DNA from: Hemiscyllium ocellatum
Taxonomy: Eukaryota
DNA: 64,000 nt
Assembly: GCF_020745735.1 (NCBI RefSeq)
Contig: NC_083437.1
Span: forward strand, 15,624,001 to 15,688,000
Direction of reading: 5' to 3'
Shown one piece after another: positions 1 through 12,225 of the stretch. Under the pieces are notes generated by a model. It saw only the letters and a list, made by a program, of their open reading frames with translations. It was not told where the DNA came from and searched no databases. Position 1 is the stretch's first letter. The number at the start of each line of letters is the position of its first letter. The position numbers and the translations under genes were made by a program.

Positions 1-405
1 CTCGAAGATTTTAACCATCTCAATGCAGCCCATTTGATTTATACCACATCTACAAGCAACCAGTCCCTCCACTGCTGACGCTCAGTAGCAGCAGAGTGTA
101 CTGTCTACAAAGTGCACAGCAGAAATTCATCAAGGCTTCTTAGCTAATCCACAACCTTTACCATCTCGAAGGACAAGCGACAGTAGATACATGGGAACAC
201 CATCACCTGCAAGCTCCTGTCTGAGCCACTCACCACCCTGACTTGGAAATATATCGCAGTCCCATCACCATCACTGGGTCAAAGTCCTGGAACTCCCTCC
301 CTAACCAAATAGACTCCAGTGGTTCAAGCAGGCGACTCACCACTACCTTCTCTCCAGGCAACGTGGGATGGGTAATAAATGCTAGCCCAGCCAATGGTCT
401 CCAAT
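1..405 (+). mobile_element. 3' end of a non-CR1-type LINE (clade not determined)
   Basis: Decayed ORF2 C-terminus followed by a tail ggatggtaataaatgctagcccagcc. Related copies at about 25530-27140 (-) and 50180-52130 (+). Confidence 0.6.
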
Positions 406-774
406 TCAGGAGCAAGGAAATGTAGGTCAGCACTGCAGGGGGAGGGCTACACTGTTGCAACTTCTCTCTTTTGGGCAAGAAGATTTTCCAAGGTCCTGTG
501 CCCTCTCAGTGGTTGGCAGAGATTGTATGGCATTCCTCTGAAGAAGGGCCACGGGGCTGTCCCTAGTTTCTTGGCAATATTCCCCCAGCTGGAGACTTCA
601 CTAAGACTGAAAAGAGCACAAGGTAATGCCTGGGTGAAAGCTGAGAGTGTCTGCCCTCAACATTACGACAGCATTTGACAGAAGGTTGCATCAGGGAGCA
701 CAATAAACCACTGAGTTGTAATATTGTTGCTGTTTGTGGGATCATGCTGTGCACACATTGGCTGCTGCGTTTCC

Positions 775-920
775 GGACGACATTGGCCATGCTCAATCGC
801 CCAGTGGTGTCCAGTGTCGTGCATGGTGGGTGGGTGAGCCACGGGAAATACTGGGTGACGGGACGGGATGGTCTTTGGAGGGTCGGTGCCGACTCGATGG
901 GCCGAACGGCCTCTGCCTGC
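775..920 (+). mobile_element. 3' half of HE1/V-SINE-type SINE
   Basis: attggccatgct...gatggtctttggagggtcggtgccgactcgatgggccgaacggcct matches the SINE at 11238-11562. Confidence 0.65.
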
Positions 921-1483
921 ATGGCAGGGAATTCCACGATTCGAAAGATTACACTTCCTTCTGTGGGGGTGATTAAATGGCGTGTGCAAGGTGCTATATA
1001 AATTCAAAAGCTTGCATTATTTACCACTTCAGTTCCGAAGTGACATAGATGTTTAGTACAACATGCAGCATGCTCTGTGTATGCACACGTCAGCTTGGAT
1101 TGAATTGGCTGCGTTCGGGGCTGATCTATTTGTTCTGTCGCTCTTGTGAGCTTTAGAACACGTTTGTCTGTGACATAAAAGACAAAGTTATACAGGAGGG
1201 TGCCTCTCGCTGCCCTGATCACAGCCCGCAGCGATTTCCCAGCTTCGGGGGATCCCCGCAATGGATACAATTTTCACAGCTGGCTTTCTGTGAGGGGCCC
1301 CTCACTGACACGGCGTTCAGACTCACGGTCACAGCGCGGAGAGGGCTGATAGCTGCTGCTTTGTTCTAGGAGCTGGGAGGACAGCTCTGTCGGAGGAAAG
1401 CAAGGACCTTTAGACTGAAGCAGCAGTTTGTAATCAGAGTGGGGCCGGAGGGCAGCACAGAGAAGCCAGGACTGACAGCAACC

Positions 1484-1529
1484 ATGAACCAGGCGAAACC
1501 TGAAGACAACAAGGCAAACAGCTCGGCTG
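1484..1529 (+). CDS. C1orf50: C1orf50 homolog, probable first coding exon (MNQAKPEDNKANSSA+G)
   Basis: ACCATG start. Phase-1 donor G|GTAAGA at 1530 matches the phase of the next exon. Acceptor ttgttctag at 1369 upstream. The N-terminus is poorly conserved, so this is assigned by splice phase. Confidence 0.65.
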
Positions 1530-1705
1530 GTAAGAGAGAAGCTTCAATGATGGATATACAGTGTCAGGGGATGTATCTGAAGTGGTGTCAATCTGAAGCT
1601 GGCCGAGACTGCAACGGTTCTGACAAAATGATAGCACAGCAGAATGGCTAACAACACTTCAAATTTACTTAAGGTCCTGCTCCACCTGGAGAGGGTCCAA
1701 GGGCA

Positions 1706-1789
1706 GATAACACATAGACAGCGCCAACACTCCCCGTATTCACACACAGACCATTAACACTCCCTGTGTTCACACACACACACACACGT
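1706..1789. repeat. CA-rich minisatellite, left part
   Basis: Units like cacacagcgctaacactccccgtgtt. The array continues at 3435-3650. Confidence 0.75.
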
Positions 1790-3434
1790 GTGGAGGAGAC
1801 TGGGGGTGAGCAAAGTTAAAAATTACACAACACCAGGTTATAGTCCAACAGGTTTATTTGGAAGAACTGACTTTCAGAGTACTGTTTCCTTCATCAGGTG
1901 GTAGTGGACCAGGATCATAAGACAAGAGAATTTATGGCAAAACATTAGTGTCATGTAACTGAAGTGATATATTGAACAAACCTAGATTGCTGTTAAGTCT
2001 TTCATCTTTTAGAATGGGTTGCAGGTTTTGGTTCATTCATATGTAAATCCCAGAACTTCTTTTAACTCACATTCTCGAGATAACTTAAGGTTTTATAAAA
2101 AAAACAATGAGATCTCAGCTCAGACAATGCATTAAAGGTGTGAGGTTAGAGTATGTCTGTATCCCAATCTTGAGCCAGACTGGTTCTGTATCCAAGGTGG
2201 AATTTTTAAAATATTACATGGACTGACTGCCTGCAAGTTGTGCATTTTTGAGCAAAATAGAATGCATCTGCAAATATAGTTCTGCAAATGTAAATTCACT
2301 CCAAAGACTTACATCTGTGTGCACGTACATGAGAGAGTGCGAGTGTGAGTGTGCATGAGAGTGTGTTTGCATGTGTGTGTGTTTGGTAAAGTGTGTGCAT
2401 GCTTGGCATGAGAGAGGTTCTTTGTGAGTATGTAAGTGGGTGTGTGCATGATAGAGTGTATAGTGTAGTGTAACATGAACCCAAGGTCCCAATTGAGACC
2501 ATCCCCACGTGTACAGAACTTGGCTATCAGCCTCTGCTCGGCCACTCTGCATTGCTGCATATCTCAAAGTCTGCCTTGGAGGATGGTCATCCGAAGATAC
2601 GATGCCGAATGTCCCTGACCGCTGAAATGTTCCCCGACTGGGAGGCAACACCCCTGTCTGCCACAGAGTGGCTGAGCAGAGGCTGATAGCCAAGTTTGGT
2701 ACCTGTGACAATGGCCTCAACCGGGACCTTGGGTTCATGTCACATGACAGGTGACCCCACTGCACCACACACACACACAATCTCACAGGCTTGTTCTCCA
2801 TCACACTCACACACACACACTTTACCAAGCTTGCACACATGCCTATACATAATCTGTCATATGCACTCATACTCATACGCACACACTCACTCTCTGTCTT
2901 TCTCTGTCTCTCTCTTGTGCACACGCACGCGCACACATGTATAAGTCTATGGGGTAAATTTGTATTTGCAGAACTATATTTGCAGATACATTCGATTTTG
3001 CTAAAAAAATGCACAATCTGCAGGCAGTCAGTCCATGTAATATTTTGTAATTCCCACTTTGAAAATAGAACCGGTCTGACTCAAGATTGGGATCCAGACA
3101 GACTCTAACCTCACATCTTTAATGCATTGTCTGAGCTGAGATGTCACCTTTTCTATTTGAAACTTTAAGTTATCTTGAGAATGTGAGTTAAAAGAAGTTC
3201 TGGGATTTACATATGAATGAACCAAAACCTGCAACCCATTCTAAAAGATGAAAGACTTAACAGCAATCTAGGTTTGTTCAATATATCATTTCAGTAGTGT
3301 GACACTAATGTTTTGCTATGAATTCTGTGTCTTATGGTCCTGCTCCACAACTACCTGATGAAGGAACAGCACTCCGAAAGCTAGTGCTTCCAAATAACCC
3401 TGTCAGACTATAACCTGGTGTTGTGATTTTTAAC
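1790..3434. mobile_element. Penelope-like element with inverted 3' arms (GIY-YIG C-terminal remnant plus pLTR)
   Basis: The minus arm (about 1790-2663) and plus arm (about 2664-3434) mirror each other. Both encode RVAEQRLIAKF.T...GLN.DLGFM.H. Hammerhead cores lie near both outer ends. Confidence 0.85.
3352..3386 (+). ncRNA. Minimal type I hammerhead ribozyme motif
   Basis: uac CUGAUGA a GGA-acagcac-UCC GAAA GC UA / gug. Palindromic AGCU helix III. Predicted cleavage after 3383. Confidence 0.65.
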
Positions 3435-3650
3435 CACGCACACACAACACTAACACTCCCCGTGTTCGCTCATACAGATAGCGTTAACACTCCCCATGTG
3501 CACACACACACACACACACACAGCGCTAACAGTCCCCATGTTCACACACAGCGCTAACACTCCTTGTGTTCACACACAGCGCTAACACTCCCCATGTTCA
3601 CACACACACCGTGTTCACACTCAGACAGCACTAACAATCCCCCTGTTCAT
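3435..3650. repeat. ~28-bp CA-rich minisatellite, right part
   Basis: Repeated cacacacagcgctaacactccccatgtt variants. Confidence 0.85.
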
Positions 3651-3794
3651 TTTGTCCATTAAGAGCTCCACACCAGTTCATTTAATGTTTAGTCTCTCAC
3701 TTCCTGGGTCAGCTGCGATGTTGAAATGGCCCCTAGGGCTCTGACTGTCTTTTGCCCACAATTTCCATTCTTTAAGACTTTTCCATCTTCTCTC

Positions 3795-4075
3795 GTGAGA
3801 TGTGAGCATCACTGGCAAGGTCAGCATTTGTTGTCCATCCCGAATTGTCTGTAAGGAAGTGATGTTAAGCCACCTTCCTGAACCACTGGAGTTTGTTCTG
3901 TTGGTACAGTTGCATTCAGAGGGCAGTTAAGAGTCAACTACACCACTGTGGGTCTGGAGTCATGTGTAGGCCAGATTAGGGAAGGGCACCAGATTTCCTT
4001 CCCTCAAGTACATGACTGAACCATGCGGGATTTTATGCATTAGGTTAATGAAGACCATTCCTGAGACTAGTTTTC
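3795..4075 (-). mobile_element. Decayed SINE with LINE-derived tail
   Basis: agagggcagttaagagtcaac...gtgggtctggagtca is shared with 14270-14573. Confidence 0.6.
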
Positions 4076-4231
4076 AATTCCATCCCAATCCATGTGACCA
4101 GAAAAAAGGCTAATGATGTTCAAATATGGTTTGGGGTCAAAGGTCAGAGGTGACACCCAGCTGGTTTTGGATTTCCCGCCCTGTGGCTCTGGGACTAATG
4201 GTGTCAAATGGTCTGCTACCCAGTGGTGTGA

Positions 4232-4591
<360 letters not shown>

Positions 4592-4687
4592 TAGCAGGCC
4601 TGCACCAGAATGGCGTTGTGGAGGAGTTTGACCCTTCACCTATATGCATAGACCCAAAGAATGCAGGAAGGATGAGCAACCATGTCA

Positions 4688-4900
4688 TGGAATGAGCTGC
4701 CAGATGAAGTGGTGGAGGCTGGAACGATTGCAACATTTAAGGGGCATTTGGATGGGTATATGTATAGGAAGGGTTTGGAGGGATATGGGCCGGGTGCTGG
4801 CAGGTGGGACTAGATTGGGTTGGGATATCTGTTCGGCATGGACGGGTTGGACTGAAGGATCTGTTTCTATGCTGTACATCTTTATGAGTCTATGACTCTA
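4688..4900 (+). mobile_element. CR1 LINE 3' end
   Basis: WNELPDEVVEAG remnant, 3' UTR and ctatgactctat tail. Confidence 0.85.
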
Positions 4901-4928
4901 TGTAGGAGGCCATTCAAATGGAGTGTGA

Positions 4929-5565
4929 CAATAGACAATAGGTGCAGGAGTAGGCCATTCTGCCCTTCAAGCATGCACCACCATTCATTATGATCATGGC
5001 TGATCATCCTCAATCGTATCCTGTTCCTGCCTTATCTCCATAACCCTTGATTCCACTATCCTTGAGAGCGCTATCCAACTCTTTCTTAAACAAATCCAGA
5101 GACTGGGCCTCCACTGCCCTCTGGGGCAGAGCATTCCACACAGGCACCACTCTCTGGGTGAAGAAGTTTCTCCTCATCTCTGTCCTAAATGGCCTACCCC
5201 TTATTTTTAAGCTGTGTCCTCTGGTTCGGGACTCACCCATCAGCGGAAACATGTTTCCTGCCTCAAGAGTGTCCAATCCTTTAATAATCTTATACATCTC
5301 AATCAGATCCCCTCTCAGTCTTCTAAACTCAAGGGTATACAAGCCCAGTCGCTCCAATCTTTCAACATAAGATAGTCCTGCCATTCCAGGAATTGACCTT
5401 GTGAACCTACGCTGCACTCCCTCAATAGCCAGAATGTCTTTCCTTAAATTTGGAGACCAGAACTGCACACAATATTCCAGGTGCGGTCTCACCAGGGCCC
5501 TGTACAGCTGCAGAAGAACCTCTTTGCTTCTATACTCAATCCCTCTTGTTATGAAGGCCAGCATG
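4929..5565 (-). mobile_element. CR1 LINE 3' fragment (young)
   Basis: 184-aa ORF with LYRALVRPHLEYCVQFWSP, RRLRGDLIE, RTRGHSLK and WNALP. Confidence 0.93.
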
Positions 5566-6169
5566 TGATGGTGATAAATGACGCTATAGACAGGGGGTTA
5601 GAACCTGTCCTCTATAATTGCAACCAAAGACTCTGCAGGATTGTGCCAATGGAAGGTAGCTCCTCATGGTGGGAGATGCATTCGGAGGGGGGAGGAGAAG
5701 GATTGCAATGTCGTGGTCCACGTGAGAACTAAAGGCAGAGGCAGAACCAAAAATGAGGTTCTGCAGAGGGAGTGTGAGGACCCTGGTTCTGAACCAGGGG
5801 ACACAGCTTAAAAATAAGGGGTAGGCCATTTAGGACAGAGATGAGGAGAAACTTCTTCACCCAGAGAGTGGTGTGTGTGTGGAATGCTCTGCCCCAGAGG
5901 GCAGTGGAGGCCCAGTCTCTGGATGCATAATGAGATTCAGCAGGTTGAATATATCATGACAAAAGTGGAGTAAGAGAAAGGGTTTGTGATGTGTGGGGCT
6001 TGGGAATTTTGTGGTTCATGAGCGAAGCGTTGGTTTGTGACATGTTCCGGTAAAACGAAACTGAGATCAGTGCCTTGGTGGTCAAATTATTTGGGCAGTG
6101 AAAGATTCAAAGGTTGGGGTTTAGAAACCTGAACAGAAAAATCAAGGGCACTGTGCAAGCAGAATGGGA

Positions 6170-6570
6170 TAGAGAGTTTCAGCAGTTTATTTTCCCTGGA
6201 GGGGAGGAGACTGAGGGATGACCTGACAGATGTCCAGAAAATCATGAGAGGTGTTGATAAAGTAGATCATCAACAGCTTTTCCCCAGGGTAGGGAAGTCT
6301 GAAACTAGAGGGAATAGGTTTAAGGTGGGAGGAGTCCCAAAGGGTGCACAGAGAGTGAGTGTTCAGGACGGGCAGCCAGAGGTAGTGGTGGAGGCGAGTA
6401 CAATTTTGTCATTTAAGTAACATTTGGACAGTTACATGATTGGAATAGGTATGGAGGGATATGGACCAAACACAGGGAAATGGGACTAGTTTAATTTTGA
6501 AAACTGGGTGGTAGGGACAAGTAGATCCGAAGGGCCTGTTTCCATGCTGTCAACATGTATGACTCTCTGA
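6170..6570 (+). mobile_element. CR1 LINE 3' fragment
   Basis: RRLRDDLTDV.KIMRG remnant plus CR1 3' UTR. Confidence 0.8.
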
Positions 6571-6644
6571 TTCTATTTACTAGGCTGATTCCTGGGATGA
6601 ATAGGTTTGACTTATCAAGAATGGATAAACAGGACAGGCCTGTA

Positions 6645-7979
6645 CAGAGTCATAGAGATATACAGCACGGAAACAAATCCTTCGGTCCAACTTGTCCATG
6701 CCGACTAGATATCCCAACCCAACGTAGTCCCATTTGTCAGAGCTTGGTCCATATCCCTCCAAACTCTTTCTGTTCATATACCCATGCAGATGCCTTTTAA
6801 ATGTTGTAATTGTACTAGCCTCTGGCAGCTCATTCCATACACATACCACCCTCTGTGTGAAAACTTTGCCCCTTAGGCTTCTTTTATATCTGTCCCCTCT
6901 CACCCTAAACCTATGCCCTCTAGTTTTGGGCTCCCCGACTCCAGGAAAAAGACTTTGTCTATTTACCCTATCCATGCCCTTCATGATTTTATAAACCTCT
7001 ATGAGGTCACCCCTCAGCCTTCGACGCTCCAGAGAATGCAGCCCCAGCCTGTTCAGCCTCTCCCTATAGCTCAAATCTTCCAACCCTGGCAACATCCTTG
7101 TAAATTTTTTCTGAACCCTTTCAAGTTTCACAACATCCTTCTGATAGGAAGGACACCAGAATTGCAAGCAATATTCCAACAGCGGCCTACAGCTGCAACA
7201 TAACCACCCAACTCTGTACTCTGACCAATAAAGGAAAGCATATCAAATGCCTTCCTCACTATCCTATCTACCTGCTACTTTACTTTCAAGGAACTATGAA
7301 CCTGCACTCCAAGGTGTCTTTGTTCAGCAACACTCCCCAGGACCTTACCATTAAGTGTATAAGTCCTGCTAAGGTTTGCTTTCCTAAAATGCAGTACTTC
7401 ACATTTATCTAAATTAAACTCCATCTGCCACTTCTCAGCGCATTGGCCAATCTGGTCACGATCCTGTTGTAATCTGAGGTAACCTTCTTTGCTATCCACT
7501 GCACCTCCAATTTTGGTGTAATCTGCAAACTTACTAACTATACCTATGTTCACATCCAAATCATTTGTATGAATGACAAAAAAGTAGAGGACCAACACTG
7601 ATCCTTGTGGCAGTTCACTGGTCACAGGCCTCCAAGTCTGAAAAACAACCCTCCACCACCACCCTCTGTCTTCTACCTTTGAGCCTGTTCTCTATCGAAA
7701 TGGCTAGTTCTCCCTGTATTCCATGAGATCTAACCTTGCTTACCAGTCTCCTATGGGGAACATTGTTGAACACCTTACTGAAGTCCATGTAGATCATACC
7801 TACCACTCTGCCCTCATCAATCCTCTTTGTGACTTATTCAAAAAACTCAATCAAGTTTGTGAGACATGATTTCCCACGCACAAAGCCATGTTGACTATCC
7901 CTAATCAGTCCTTGTCTTTCCAAATACATGTACATCTTGGCCCTCAGGATTCCCTCCAACAACTTGCCCACCGCCGACG
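6645..7979 (-). mobile_element. CR1 LINE ORF2 fragment nested in an older + strand CR1
   Basis: YMDFSKVF, PQGSVL, SKFADYTK, LERVQKKFTRM. The host CR1 reads through 6575-6644 into 7980-8385. Confidence 0.92.
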
Positions 7980-8385
7980 TATTTGTTAGAGTTTAGAAGA
8001 CTGAGGGGTGATCTTACAGAAACATACAAGATTCTGAGAGGGCTTGATAAGGTAGATGTTGAAAAGAATCAATCTCAAACTAGGGGCCACAGTTATGGAA
8101 AAGGGAATATTCTTTTAAAACTGAGAGATGAAGCATTTTTGTTTATCTCCCAGAGGGCATTGAATGTCTGGAATCCTCTCCCTCCGAGATCTGTGGAGGC
8201 TAGATCACAGAAAGTATTTAAAGGTAGGTTTTGGAAGTATCAGAAAGTTAAGGACGATGAGGAACTGGTGTGGAGGAGGAGTTGAGGCCTGGGCCAGATC
8301 GGCCGTGATCTTGTTAAATGATGGGGTAGGGTTTGAGGGCTGAATGGCCTTGTCCCTGCTTCTATTTCCTTTGTTCTTATGATCT
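7980..8385 (+). mobile_element. CR1 LINE 3' fragment
   Basis: LEFRRLRGDLTETYKILRG...WNPLP. Confidence 0.85.
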
Positions 8386-8928
8386 AAGTGCTATAGATAC
8401 TCAAGATAAGGGCTTGTTGAAGTTAGGAAAAGCATATCAGCACAAATGAAGCCTTGTCTACCCAACTAAGAGCACTTGGTCAGGATAGTGGGGTATTTTC
8501 AAGTTAGCAAAACCTAACAAGTGGATTGTCAGTGGGATCATTACCGGGGCCTGAGCACCACAATCCATATTGGTCTCCTCAGCAGTGAGACCAAGAGTAA
8601 TGTCTTTAACCTAGCCGAGGGAGACTGAATACAATTGTCCCTGCTGCGACTCGGGATACACTCTGAAAGTAGCCATGGCTTATGACATGGTGTTATTGCC
8701 ATTCTGTGCTGTGTCCTTGCTCACTGGGCCCATGAATACTCACAATCAGAGTGAATCTCTACTTGTCACTCTGTTAACAATCCCTTTCTTATCCACTGTG
8801 GTACAGTACCTTTCTACTGCCAATCAACATAACCAAGGCTCAGAACCGGGGCTCCTATTACTGAGGACACTTCATCTCAGTCCTTCATCCGTTACAATCT
8901 GTCAAGCATTTTTGAGGAGACCGTATTG

Positions 8929-9150
8929 AGAAAACACCAAATGCTGAAGATCACAGCGGGTCACACAGCATCCGTGGAGAGAAAGTTAACGTTTCAAGTC
9001 CAAATGACTTTTCATCAGAGCTCTGATGAACGGTCACCTAGACTCAAAACATTAGCTTGCTCCCTCTCCATGGATGCTGTCTGACCCGTTGTGATCTCCA
9101 GCATTTGTTGTTTTCAGTACAGATTCCAGCATCTGCAGTAATTTGTTCCA
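8929..9150. mobile_element. Penelope-derived hairpin element with back-to-back hammerhead cores
   Basis: Inverted arms around the perfect palindrome ttcatcagagctctgatgaa (9011-9030). Confidence 0.8.
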
Positions 9151-10239
9151 AAGTACTTTTGAGGGTTTTGGTAATCGAGCACTTTTGCTGCAGAAAGAAA
9201 AACTCCATGGGCAAGAACATCTAATGATGGCTCCTTAAGTTAGCAAAGGAATGAGAGTGGTAATGAGACCAGTGCTGATCTGAAGAATAACTAACCATGA
9301 GAATGTTATTTGAGGATCACAAGGTTAGAAGCTGGGCTGGCTGCAGTGAACAAAAGATCTGCATTTATATATCGAGTAGGAGGCAGCACGCTAAGTTGGC
9401 TGGATTGCTGGTTTGCACTTCAGAGGAACGCAAAGAGTGAGGGTTCAATACTCCTACTGTCTGAAGTCCCCATGAAGACCTTACCTGCTCAGCCTTGCCT
9501 TTTCCCCTGAGACACAGTGAAACCCTCCACCAGTTGTCTCTCTTTTTCTCTGATAAGAGACCAGTGGTCCTCTGGGACAGTGGCAGTTTACATTTTCACA
9601 ACCACAGTTGGTGAACATCTCAAAGGTGTTGAACTGAAAACAAAAAATGCTGGAAATCACAGTGGGTCAGGCAGCATCCATGAGTCTAGATGGCTCTTCA
9701 TCTCGAAGGTCTTTACAGCCAATGAGGAACTTCTGATGCTGTAACACTATATCAGGCTGTGCACAGCCAGCTCCCACAGATGTTAAGATGTTAACGACTA
9801 AGTAACTTTTTTTCTGTTGTTGATTGAGGGGCAAATAATCATCAGGTACGTCACAGAACAACCAAGTCATTACACAGGAGGCCATTCAGTCCATCATGTT
9901 TGTTCCCATACTTGGGGAAACTCTCCTGCTCTTTATCAAAACAGTGGCATGCAATCTTTTACAACCGCCCCCCCCCCCCACCCCCGAACCAGCAGATGGA
10001 ATGTCAGTTTAGTATCTTAGCTAAATTTCAGCCCCTTCAACAATGCAGCCCTCCCTCAGTATCACACAGGAGGCTTGAATGGGGACTTGAACCTGGAATT
10101 TTATGATTCAGAGGAGAGGGTGCTACCATCCGAACCACAATGGAGCGTATGAAAATGTTGGTGGTTATAGATCAAAACAAAGGCAAACAGGACAGTGTGC
10201 TGCGATGGCTCGTTGTATGTCAGGGACTTGTGGAATATG

Positions 10240-10631
10240 ATACGGGGAGATTTAATAGAAACTTACAAGATAATACATGGCTTGGAAAGGGTGGACGCTA
10301 GGAAATTTTTTCTGTTAGGCGAGGAGACTAGGACCCGTGGACACAGCCTTAAAATTAGAGGGGGTCAATTCAGAACAGAAATGCGGAGACATTTCTTCAG
10401 CCAGAGAGTGGTGGGCCTGTGGAATTCATTGCCGCAGAGTGCAGTGGAGGCCGGGACGCTAAATGTCTTCAAGGCAGAGATTGATAGATTCTTGATGTCT
10501 TGAGGAATTAAGGGCTACGGGGAGAATACGGGTAAGTGGAGTTGAAATGCCCATCAGCTATGATTGAATGGCAGAGTGGACTCGATGGGCTGAATGGCCT
10601 TACTTCCACTCCTATGTCTTATGGTCTTATG
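10240..10631 (+). mobile_element. CR1 LINE 3' end
   Basis: RGDLIETYKIIHG...RTRGHSLK...WNSLP, with tcttatggtcttat tail. Confidence 0.9.
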
Positions 10632-11129
10632 ATATGTAGGTGTGAGGGAGAGTGAGTGAAGTATGCCTTTGGTGTACTACCTCTTATCACCAGCAGGAGG
10701 TTTAAAGTGATAGTGAGAGGTGTGGCTGGCTGCATTAAGGCCCAGGCCTCTGCCCTTTCCCTCCATAACTACAATCGGGTGGAGTTTTTTTTAAACTAGC
10801 TGGGCTGTTACATTTTAGAAGAATGTCCCAGATTTGTAGTGTAATTATACATTCTTGCTATCTGAGAATTTAGAGGCGTTTCCTTTAACACCAATAAGAA
10901 CGTTATCGAGGGTTACAATAAAAACAGTGAGATCATCACTAAAGATCCCCTATTAGAAGTCCCTAAGAAACACGATTTTAGCTCTAAGCACTAATTTTAG
11001 CGGACAATGCCCATGTACAATACAAATTAATATACTTCACACGTCTAGATTTCTGTAACACTCACGTGATTCTATAATGAATGAGGAAAAAGAAATACTC
11101 GCACATTCAACTTTTTGTTTAGCAGTTTA

Positions 11130-12225
11130 ACTGAAAGTTGCACAAAATGTTCAGCTTCACAGGCATGTACAATAGCAGAAACCTGAAGTGTACTGATATG
11201 CGAGGGATCTGGCTGTGCAGGTCCACAAATCACTGAATGTGGCTCAGTGGTTAGCACTTATCCTAACAGCACCAGGGATCTGGGTTCAGTCTCAGCCTCG
11301 GGTGACTGTGTGGAGTTTGCACATTCTCCCCGTGTCTGTGTGGGTTTCCTCTGGGTGCTCCAGTTTCCTCCTGCAGTCCAAAGATGTGCAGATTAGGTGG
11401 ATTGGCCATGCTAAATTGCCCACAGTGTCCAGGAATGTGGGTTAGGTGGGAAATACAGGGTTATAGGTTAGCAGGGTGAGTCTGGGTAGGATGCTACTCA
11501 AAGAGTTGGTTTGGACTTGTTGGGCCAAATGGCCTGTTTCCACACCGGAGGGATTCTATGATGATTCAGTCTTTGATAAGGCAGTAAAAAAGGCCTGTGG
11601 CATGATTGCCTTCATTGGAGGGGGCATTGAGTAAAGGGCTAGACAAGTTGTACTGCAGCTTTGCAGAACTTTTGTTAGGCCAGACTTGGAATATTGCGTA
11701 CAGTTCTGGTCACCACACTACCAGAAGAAAATGGATGCTTTGGAGAAGGTACAGAAAAGGTTTACCAGGATGTTGCCTGACAGGGGGGATTTTAGCTATG
11801 AAGAAAGGTTGGATAGACTGGGATTGTTTTCACTGGAACGCAGGAGGCTGAGGGACTACATGATAGAAATTTATAAGATTGTGAATGGCATGGATAGAGT
11901 GGAAGGTATGAGGCTTTTCCCCAGGGTGGAGGGATCTATTACTAGGGGACACAGGTTCAATGTGTGAGGGGGGAGTTTAAAAGAGATGTGTGAGGCACGT
12001 TTTTCACACAAAGGGTGGTGGATGCCAGGAAGGTGCTGCTAGAGGAGGTGGTGAAAGCAGACACAACAGCAGCATTCAAGAAGCACCTGGACAAATATAT
12101 GAATAGGAAGGGAATAGAGGGATACGGATCCTGTAAGTGAAGACTGAGTATGGAAGGGCAAAATGTGTCATTGCAAGCTTGGAGGACCGAAGGGCCTGAT
12201 CCTGTGCTATATTGTTCTTTGTACC
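11130..12225 (+). mobile_element. CR1 LINE 3' fragment interrupted by a SINE
   Basis: EYCVQFWSPHY..ALEKVQKRFTRM..TRGHRF. Confidence 0.88.
11238..11562 (+). mobile_element. HE1/V-SINE-type tRNA-derived SINE
   Basis: A-box gtggctcagtgg, B-box-like gggttcagtc, V-core gtggagtttgcacattctccccgtgtctg, CR1-like tail. Confidence 0.9.

Noticed and set aside
2214-3014. 266-aa ORF
   Set aside because: Off-frame read through an inverted Penelope remnant and CA/GT repeats.
5010-5564. 184-aa ORF as a host gene
   Set aside because: It is a CR1 ORF2 C-terminus. The same applies to ORFs at 6580, 7983, 10195, 11686 and 61341-62549.
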